Positions 33,801-42,961 of a DNA stretch of 42,961 nt are shown piece by piece. Where the stretch lies: NCBI GenBank assembly GCA_013239625.1, contig MU053352.1, positions 1 to 42,961 of the forward strand, written 5' to 3'. The notes beneath the pieces were generated by a model that did no database searches, was not told where the DNA came from, and was given only the letters and a program-made list of their open reading frames with translations. This stretch comes from Lama guanicoe. Lineage: Eukaryota. The first letter of the stretch is position 1, and the number at the start of each line of letters is the position of its first letter. The translations under genes were made by a program, and so were the position numbers.

Positions 33801-35777
33801 TCATTCCGACACACACACACACAACACCACACAGGTTCCACAGGGAGGACTTTGCCCACGAGCTGTGTCTCCTCTGGACAGACTCTTCCAGGAGCCCACG
33901 TCCTCCTTGAAATACGCGCTGACTCCTCACCTCCTAACAGCCCCTCCCTGACCTGGACTTGGAAAAGGCTCCGTGGCAGACAGGGAGGAGGTGACCCTGA
34001 TCTGCACCATATACTGAGGGAGCAGATCTAGGAGCTCTGAGGTGATGGGGCCTCACAGGGAGGACAGTCACACGACAGTCACGACAGTTTGCCCAGCTCC
34101 CCAGGAGTCTGAACGTTGACCAGCTGTCTGCCCCAACACCTCCTCTACTACTCTGAATTCTGTCGCCTGCTGGCCATGGGGCCACCTCCTCCAGGCACTG
34201 GGATGTCCCCTGTCCCCATGCAGAGCGTTCCTTTTACAGCAGTCTTCCTCATGTGACCCCAGGAGATGGGGACAGGGCCTTCCTGGTACTTGGGTCCCCA
34301 TTCCTTGTATTTGATACACTGTGCTGGTGTCCTCCTTTACGTGGGGTCACCCTTGTTGATCTAGTAGAGTTTCATTCTTGCTCCTGCTAGACTTTGTCCT
34401 GGGACATAATGAGCCCTAGCACCTGCTTCCAGCACCCCTTCCAGTCCCCACAGGACATGATGGGGTCAGTGTGGACCCATCGCCTGGACCCTGACCTGGA
34501 GGAGGCAGACCCCCAGCCCTGAGCCCTGGGGTCCTGTCTGGAGCTGAGTCTCTGCCGTCTCAGCGTATCCCGTCCTGTCTGTCCTTTTCCTCATCGAGAT
34601 CTGACAGGTGCAGCCAAGAAAGTATGATCCATCTGGCTGCATAAAGGAACCTTCAAGGGAAGATGTCAACACAAAGTGGTGAGCATTGCATCCCTGAGGT
34701 GACCACCAGTACATTAGGAGGAGACGTTGTGGTCCTGTGCTTTCCAAAGCCGTGGGATCTAGCATGTGGGAAGCGCTGAGAACACGTGTCCCGGCTTCTT
34801 CCTTCCAGTCTGCTCTTCCAGTTCCTTGACATTTAACAGCAGAAGGTAAATGTGCCATTGAATGTGAGATGAGCGCCCCCTAGAGACACACTTCTGGGAT
34901 AACTGACACTCGGTCATCTATCGAGAGCCAGAAGTTTTCTCGATGGTCTCTGATCTCAGTAACCCTGCATTAGCAGGATGTGGTCATCACGTCATCTCAG
35001 TGGACTGCAGCTCAGCCCCGCCCCACGCGGTTCCTAAACCCCAGTTCGATTCAACTCCTTCCTGACCCGATTCTATACTTATTCCTACCTCAGAAACGCG
35101 TGGCCCCTGACTTTGTGCCTTCCCCTCACCTGCTCACCCGTCATCCCCGACGCCATAGTCTGACCATTGTGTCCAATCCACACCCCCACGTGGTCCCTTC
35201 CCTCACTCTCACCTCCTCCTCCCTCACCGTGTAGTGGGACCCACACATCATCACCTTCTGTTTCCTCCCCGTACCCTGTCTAGTAGCTCGTATGTCCACT
35301 CGCCAAGCCCACCTCTTCCTCCTCAGTCACTTGTGATGTATTGACGAGGACACACACTGCCTTGCGTCGTTCAAGCTGTATCCAAGCTCTGGAGCCACCG
35401 AGCACCTGGTAGGTGTTCCCTCAAAGGAGTGGGTGGATGGACCTCCGTACAGTCCTTCTTAATCAGGCGCATCTGGATTTCATCTCCCTGATTCTGACCC
35501 AACGTGGGCTCGGTCCCCAGTGCAGCCGCCCAGGGCTATCCAGGAAGTCCTGTTCACTTTGAGAAAAGCAGTCAAGGCTCTGCTGACAAAGACTGGGTTT
35601 AGGGGCAGAATTTGAGAGGTCAGGACACATTCTCTAGACAAAGCCCCTGAGGGTTGGTCTAAGACTCCACTTTCAAGAAACACAAAGAAAGGACACAGCT
35701 ATGTTGGCTGAGCAGCGAGGGCTGAGGGACACCAGGTTTTTGTCTCACTTACCCCCCCCCAATCCTGGAGCACTGTG

Positions 35778-36240
35778 TGAGCACTGAAGCGGCTATCATA
35801 ACATCCACAGTAATAGTCAGCCTCGTCCTCAGCCTGGAGCCCAGTGATGGTCAGGGAGGCCGAGTTCCCAGACTTGGAGCCAGAGAATCGGTTGGGGACG
35901 CCTGCGGCATGACTGTTAGCATTGTAGATCAGAAGTTTGGGGGCCATTCGTGGGAGCTGTTGGTACCACTGCACATAATAACCACTCCCAATATTGTTGC
36001 TGATCCAGTGCAGGAGATGGTGACCCTCTGGCCTGGGGATCCAGACATGGAGGGTGGCTGAGTCAGCACAGACTGGGCCCAGGACTCTGCAAGTGGGAGA
36101 CACAGAGATGCTGATTCTGGGGTCCAGACGCAAGAGGAGGATGGGGACATAGCTGTCCTGAGAGGCACCCTTCCCCTGTCCTTCATCCAGTCACCTGTGA
36201 AGTGAGCGAGCAGGGTGAGGAAGAGAGGGGACCAGGCCAT
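35778..36240 (-). pseudogene. IGLV1: IGLV1-like pseudogene
   Basis: Leader 36240-36195 [16 protein letters not shown] exon 36086-35778: [24 protein letters not shown] / 1-nt deletion ~36002 / [32 protein letters not shown] spacer is 27 nt (35735-35777); octamer 36345-36352. Confidence 0.92.
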
Positions 36241-37118
36241 GGTGGGGATGGTCACTGGGTCCTGACTTCCGTGGCCCTACATCTGAGCAGAGCATTCCCA
36301 GGTCTCTCCCCTTCTTCATACTCTGAGAGGGGGAGTGGCCAGTTATGCAAATGATCCCCCAGCTCTCTGATCCCTCCCTGGGCTCAGTGTCAGGTCCCTC
36401 TGCCTGAGGGGGCAGATGTTGGGCAGGGGCGGGGCTGTGTGTGGCTCCAGGGTTTGGGGGGATCCAAGCTAGGAGCCCTGAGCAGAGGGCAACACCCAGG
36501 CCAGGGGTGGTCCCAGCTCCCCTCCCCCAAGACATTCATGGGACACTGCACAGGGCAGATCTGTCAGCAGGTGACCAGGCCCCTGGCAAGAAGGGAGCAG
36601 GTGCTGGGAGTAGGGCTGCCCCCCCCTTGCCCAGAGGACAGACCACGAGGCACTGCAGATGCCCCCAAATGCCATGTCCCGTCACTTCCCCTAAAGGACC
36701 CTCCTGGTTGAGGGAATGAGGAGGTGAGGAGAGGAGCCCAGGACGTGGGTTGGGGGGACCCACAGAGCCCTGCTTGGGAGGCCCCGTTGTTGGTGCAGAG
36801 ACCATCCCTCCCCAGGGGTCTGTTATCCTCTGTCTAGATATGACTCTAGGTAACGACCCTCAAGCAAATTCAATTTGTTCTATGATTGTGCATCTGTCTT
36901 TGCGTGGACATCAGGTCTGGGCAGTGACTCCAGGACAGAGGAGGAGGAAGCAAGAGGCCGGTGTGTCCCTCAGAGCTGAGAGCTCACGGGTCTTCTGAGG
37001 GCAGAGGTGCAGGACTGTCCCCTTCGAGTGAGGACACGGCTGCCCAAGTGGGCAAGAGCCAGTGGTGTGTCTTCCCAGCCTGCCTGGCCCAGACCCTGAG
37101 CTCTCAGGGCCAGTCCCA

Positions 37119-37134
37119 CAGCGCCCCCTGCTGG
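37119..37134 (-). promoter_or_regulatory. CTCF-binding motif
   Basis: Minus strand CCAGCAGGGGGCGCTG, paralogous to 17554-17569. Confidence 0.7.
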
Positions 37135-38268
37135 GCACAGAGCCACATCGTCCCCGGGTCCCTGCCAGCCTCCTGGAAGGGCTTTCTGACACCTGCAGCT
37201 GGGTCTTGCTGGTGTCATCACCCAGGGCACTACAATGAATCTGTCCGCTCTATTTATCTGGGACTGAAATGTTAATGTTCCCAGAGCACTAATGAAGTTC
37301 CGAGTTAAATGGAATGAGGATGAACCAGATATTTCAGAATCACCTGATAGCTGAGATTTCCTCTGTCGGGGTTTCTTACTAGTGGATAATCACCTTGCAT
37401 CAAGTTCAAAGCTTAAATTTCCCAGAAAACTGCTATGGTTCACACCTGACTGTCAAAAGAGGTGAGTGACTCTTGCAGGTTGGTTAATTGTTGGTTGTTA
37501 CAAGATCCCTTGTTTGACTCACCCAGTCCCCACTACACAGTTTTTGGCTTTTATTGAGGTCTCAGCCATGAGCTATCACATCGTCAGGGGGGAAATGTCC
37601 TGTGTTCTGGATTATTCTGTGGGTTCCCTCTTGCCCTAGAGTGTTATTCTGGCAGATCTGATTTTCCTGTGGCTCTCTGAGAGAGTAAACAGATTACCCC
37701 CTGCTGGGCACAGAGCCACATCGTCCCCGGGTCCCAGCCAGCCTCCTGGAAGGGCTTTCTGACACTTGCAGTGGTGTCTTTCTGGTGTCATCACCCAGGG
37801 CACAACAATGAATCTGTCCGCTCTATTTATCTGGGACTGAAATGTTAATGTTCCCAGAGCACTAATGAAGTTCCGAGTTAAATGGAATGAGGATGAACCA
37901 GATATTTCAGAATCACCTGATAGCTGAGATTTCCTCTGTCGGGGTTTCTTACTAGTGGATAATCACCTTGCATCAAGTTCAAAGCTTAAATTTCCCAGAA
38001 AACTGCTATGGTTCACACCTGACTGTCAAAAGAGGTGAGTGACTCTTGCAGGTTGGTTAATTGTTGGTTGTTACAAGATCCCTTGTTTGACTCACCCAGT
38101 CCCCACTACACAGTTTTTGGCTTTTATTGAGGTCTCAGCCATGAGCTATCACATCGTCAGGGGGGAAATGTCCTGTGTTCTGGATTATTCTGTGGGTTCC
38201 CTCTTGCCCTAGAGTGTTATTCTGGCAGATCTGATTTTCCTGTGGCTCTCTGAGAGAGTAAACAGATT
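37124..38268. repeat. Direct tandem duplication, 573-bp period
   Basis: 37124-37695 repeated at 37697-38268. Confidence 0.93.
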
Positions 38269-38896
38269 TTTAGTCCAGTTTTGTCGATTCAGTCAGCAAG
38301 GTTCGACATGAAAAGAACATGATTGTAAGTGGAACTCTCACTCCTTTGCAGAGGGTCTTCCTCCATGTCTGGCCCCGGGAACCCTCATGAAATTTTCCCT
38401 AACCTGCCCTGGGCTTTGATATAGTTTAATAAGGGCTACGGATTTAGTGGGGGTTTGGATTTATAAGGTCTAAGCCATGTTAGTTTTTTTCATATACTGG
38501 GACTGGAATGACATACAGTTTGAACCACTCTTAAGTTTACATAATTATTTTCATTAATTGTGACCTGGAAAATGTGTGTATTCATTCCCGTGAATTTTCA
38601 GTCCAATCTCTACTCCTCAAGGTAAATTGATTCTTCCCTGTAAAATATTTGCATGCTTGCCTTACTCCCATTATTGCTGTGGTAGGGTCATGAGGAAGCG
38701 GAGGTCTGGGAACACAAGTCTGTCCCCGGGCATACGGTCCCACTCCACGTAACCCTCCGGGGTATCGCAACTTCCTAGGATAAGGCCAATAGCTCTTGAG
38801 AACATGTATAGTTTTGGAGGTTGGTGTCTTTGAATTTCCTCTTTAGGATTCATGATGTAGGTTCCAGCTCTAAGCCTTGGACACCACCAGGCCAGG

Positions 38897-41800
38897 NNNN
38901 NNNNNNNNNNNNNNNNNNNNNNNNNNNNNNNNNNNNNNNNNNNNNNNNNNNNNNNNNNNNNNNNNNNNNNNNNNNNNNNNNNNNNNNNNNNNNNNNNNNN
39001 NNNNNNNNNNNNNNNNNNNNNNNNNNNNNNNNNNNNNNNNNNNNNNNNNNNNNNNNNNNNNNNNNNNNNNNNNNNNNNNNNNNNNNNNNNNNNNNNNNNN
39101 NNNNNNTGCCTCCTCCGAAGTTCTTCTCTCTGCCTCACCTTGAATTCCGGGAACGAAACATGGGTTCCTGGTCTTCAAAGGTGACATCCTTCATCAGACA
39201 CATCAGGTCACGTGTTACAGGGGAAGGGAAGGANNNNNNNNNNNNNNNNNNNNNNNNNNNNNNNNNNNNNNNNNNNNNNNNNNNNNNNNNNNNNNNNNNN
39301 NNNNNNNNNNNNNNNNNNNNNNNNNNNNNNNNNNNNNNNNNNNNNNNNNNNNNNNNNNNNNNNNNNNNNNNNNNNNNNNNNNNNNNNNNNNNNNNNNNNN
39401 NNNNNNNNNNNNNNNNNNNNNNNNNNNNNNNNNNNNNNNNNNNNNNNNNNNNNNNNNNNNNNNNNNGCCTCCACCCCGAGTGGGGCCTGGCCTGATTCCA
39501 CCGCTTTTTCCTCTTCCAGTGTCTCCAAGGAGAGACTTTTGCTTTTGAACAAGCAATGTTTCCCGAGATCACCTGACTTGGGAAAGAATATACTAGTGAT
39601 GTAAAAGCTGAACTAAAGAAAAAGATACAATATTGTCAAATCTTCGAGGAAAATCCGGTACTTGTCTAACATCTGAGAATGGAGGTCACCCCCTGAGCGT
39701 GACTTCATCTGAGCCATCGACAGCAGGGAGGGCATAAGGCTGGGGTGGGGAGGGAAGACTTCGTCTCATTTCCTCCCTGGGCTGTAGCGCTGTGTGAGCT
39801 TCACTGCTGCCGTCCCAGGCAGCACAGTGATAGACAGCCTCGTCCTCGGGCTGCAGCCCAGAGATGAGTGGAAGCAGTGCATTGGCCGAGGGATCTTTGG
39901 ATCCAGAGAAGCCAGTCGGGACACTGGAGCCCTGCTGCTTATCGGAGCCTGAGTAGTAGTCCAGGAGGTACCGGGGAGGGCTCCCTGCCTTCTGCTGGTA
40001 CCAGGATATCCTGTAGCTGCCAACTGTTCCCACTGCTCAGGGTGCAGGTGAGTCTAGCTGTTGCTAGAGGGCGGCTGAGTCAGCAGAAGCTGGGAGAGGG
40101 ACCCTGCAAACACAGACACAAGGGGCAGATGGGGTGGCACCTGCAGGAAACATTCCCAGAGTCTGAGCCACGGGGACTGCTTGCAGGTAGGGACCTGAGA
40201 CCCTGTCCCCGAGGCCCGTCCCTACCTGTGCAGTGAGAGAGGATCAGGAGCAGGAGAGGAGTCCAGGCCATGGTGCTCACAGGCCCCTGGTTCCCACGCT
40301 GGGACTGGGCTGCCCTGGGGCCTCCTTTCTTGCCAGCCTCTGCCAGAGGAGGGGTGGCCCATGCAAATGGGTGTCCCCCCAGGGACCGCCCAGCCCCTCC
40401 CTGAGCCCAGGTCCTGGAACTCAGCTCACAGCCCAGACTCAGGGGTATGGAGGGTGGCCTCCCTCTTGAGAGATCCTGGGAGGAGGCACCGGCTGAGACC
40501 ACATGAGTCCCTGCTCAGGGGATTCTGCCAACCAGAGAGGACTCACTGCTGTGTCCCTATCAGGAGCACAGGCCCCGCCCCCAGCCCAGCTCCTGGCAGT
40601 GACTGATCCTGAGCAGCTGTGCAGGGACCACATGGCAGCCCCACAGCGCCCTCTGCTGGTCATGGGGCACAACTTCATCAAGGACCAGAGAGGAGCGCCC
40701 AGCTGGTTGGGCAGCTCACCTCATCTCCATTCAGCTGTCCATGTTCTGCTTCCCAGATTCTATGGTTCTTTTATGCTGAGTCACGTCCTATAAAATGCTT
40801 TCATTTTCAAATGGAGTCCTGGTCCATGGAAGCTGCGCTGCTGTGCATATGTAACCATTAAAAGTTACAATCCTCTCCCAGAGTACAGTCAAGAAAAGCT
40901 AACTGACCCACGTGTGCACCAGCGACAAGGGGACAGTGAGATGGTTTGAAGGACGTGTAGGACTATTGAAGGAAAGAGTTTACATTTGGATTTTCCATGA
41001 AGAAGGGAAAAGATCTTTGAAACCTGGAAACTCAGCAGACATTTCAAAACTCATATAATGATTTCAGAATTTTGATGGAGTTTAGCATGATTTATAGAAA
41101 TGATATAGTTCAGCAGGCATATCACTTAGTAGTACACATGTCATATATTTCTTTCTGTTTTTTTTTTTGAAGAATATTCAGTTTACAATGTGTCAGTGTT
41201 GGGTGGACAGCATAATGTTTCAGTCATACACACATACATATATTTCTTTTCATATTCTTTTTCAGTATAGGTTACTTTAAGATGCTGAATCTAGTTCCCT
41301 GTGCTCTACACAAAACACTTGTTTATTTATTTTATAGACAGTAGTTAGTATTTGCAAATCTCAAATTCTCAATTTTTCACTTCCTACCTTCTTTCCCCCT
41401 GGAAACCATATGTTTGTTTTCTCTATCTTTGAGTCCTTTCTGTTTTATAATTAAATTCATTAATGTCTTCTTTTTCCTTTCTTTAGATTCCACACATGAG
41501 TGATATGGTATCTTTCTCTTTCTGCCTTGCTTCACTTAGAATGATGATCTTCAGGTCCATCCAAGTTGCTGCAAATGGCATTATTTTGTACTTTACATGG
41601 CTGAGTAGTATTCCATTGTACAACTATATCACATCTACTTGTGATATATTAGTTATGTATGAGGATTGTGTTCCTAAGATGGAGTTTTTTTCACAGTGCT
41701 GTCAAATAATTCTTGTGAGAACCCTGTCTTAGAGATCCTACAAACTGTCTCTGTTATAATCAAAATGTTATAACAAAAATGTCCACATCTGGGTTCTCTT

Positions 41801-42833
41801 GCTGACTGTTTTCGTTCAGTGGAAAGGCTGTGTGTGCCTGTTGAATGTAGAAACCATCACGTCCTCACCATATCCTATGTCCAAATTAGCTTCGATTGTG
41901 CAAATGCTCCATGATCATCTGAACTCACAGTTATCTCAGTAAATGTCCTGTGGCCAGAACCACCTGCTACTCCTCAAGACAATAAAGGAAATCCTCTATC
42001 AGCTCAAGTCAACTCTTCCTTAAACCCTTCAATGACTCCTCACTGCTGTTTGCATGAAAACTCAAACCCTTAGCCCTTCAAGGCACCTCCAGATCTGGCC
42101 CTTCTCCTCCTCCACACCCACCCGCAGCCCCTCCCCTCTCTCTGGGCCCCTCCCTCCCTCCTCTGTCAGTGACACCTGAGATCCTGTCCCTTCCCAACAT
42201 CACACCAGCCCCCTCTGTCTGCTGGGAGGCGATCGGCTTCAACTTGAGATCAAGGTGGAAACACACATTTTGGCAACTTTGTGATGGGTTAACCCGGGGC
42301 AGACACAACACACAGGGGTGGAGGTTTTCTTGTTTACATGTCTGCATTCATGGAAATCGGAGACGTTACCGAAATCAATGGTGATAGACTAAGTGGCCTT
42401 CCACACCTTCATCCCCCATCAGCCCTCATCAGGATGACTTCCTTCCGTCCATCAATCTTCATCTCTCTCNNNNNNNNNNNNNNNNNNNNNNNNNNNNNNN
42501 NNNNNNNNNNNNNNNNNNNNNNNNNNNNNNNNCCTGTGAATTCATGGATCCAACCGCAGTCACGTGGATTCACCTGTGTGTTACTTTCCCCGGTGGACAG
42601 AGAGCTGAATGTCGTACTGACTGCCAAAGGAAAGGATACCAGGGATGCTGTTTTGTTTTNNNNNNNNNNNNNNNNNNNNNNNNNNNNNNNNNNNNNNNNN
42701 NNNNNNNNNNNNNNNNNNNNNNNNNNNNNNNNNNNNNNNNNNNNNNNNNNNNNNNNNNNNNNNNNNNNNNNNNNNNNNNNNNNNNNNNNNNNNNNNNNNN
42801 NNNNNNNNNNNNNNNNNNNNNNNNNNNNNNNNN
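38897..42833. other. Assembly gaps (N runs 38897-39106, 39234-39466, 42470-42532, 42660-42833)
   Basis: Runs of n. Confidence 0.99.
39795..40271 (-). pseudogene. IGLV5: IGLV5-like pseudogene
   Basis: Leader 40271-40226 MAWTPLLLLILSHCT. V exon 40103-39795 has a ~17-nt FR1 deletion (~40065) giving frameshift/TAG and ends VYHCAAWDGSSEA. RSS CACAGCG-23-ACGAAGTCT 39756-39794; octamer 40361-40368. Confidence 0.92.
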
Positions 42834-42955
42834 TGGAAACTCTCAGATCAGCAGGCACCCACTAAACTGTGGGTCAGGTGACAGGTGTGGCGGGCCGGGC
42901 CGTCAGTGAGATTTTTGTGTGACTTCTCCTCTGCCGGTGTCACTGTGGGTTACAC
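40230..42955. repeat. Near-identical segmental duplicate of ~25850-28600
   Basis: Co-linear at offset ~14.39 kb (e.g. identical ORF-track peptides 27106/41496), including L1 fragment and V9 RSS. Confidence 0.93.
42910..42947 (-). other. RSS of a second IGLV9-like copy (gene continues beyond window)
   Basis: Identical to 28553-28590, followed by the same GTG TAA CC V end. Confidence 0.85.
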
Positions 42956-42961
42956 TACACG

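Noticed and set aside
38671..42909. ORFs containing X runs
   Set aside because: Artefacts of reading through N gaps.
1..42961. A wholly novel biological system (CRISPR-like array, new recombinase, prokaryotic defence locus)
   Set aside because: The recurring motifs I traced are explained by Ig V-gene parts (octamer, leader, RSS), CTCF-like sites, segmental duplication or known retroelements.
1..42961. J-lambda, C-lambda, VPREB or a rearranged VJ
   Set aside because: No FGGG J motif with 12-RSS and no constant-domain sequence were seen; every V retains its own RSS or RSS remnant (germline configuration).

Overview
Mammalian immunoglobulin lambda light-chain variable-gene cluster (IGLV). A camelid source is likely, inferred from my recollection of llama V5/V8 framework motifs and the style of the L1 3' end; this is not verified. 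Ten recognisable V segments lie on the minus strand, each with an octamer promoter, leader exon, ~100-120 bp intron, V exon and 23-type RSS. In coordinate order they are V5 (open, broken heptamer), V10 (intact), V1-psi, V8 (intact), V5-psi, V5-psi, V9 (open, terminal TAA, 22-bp spacer), V8-psi (lost 2nd Cys), V1-psi and V5-psi. The RSS of a second V9 copy sits at the right edge. The window also holds a full-length but inactivated 7.4 kb LINE-1 with a 17-bp TSD and a visible empty paralogous site, LTR/L1 fragments, nested segmental duplications and four N gaps. At least three very decayed V relics and a set of co-oriented CTCF-like motifs were found by eye. I found no evidence of a new biological system; the interest lies in locus architecture and birth-and-death evolution of V genes.
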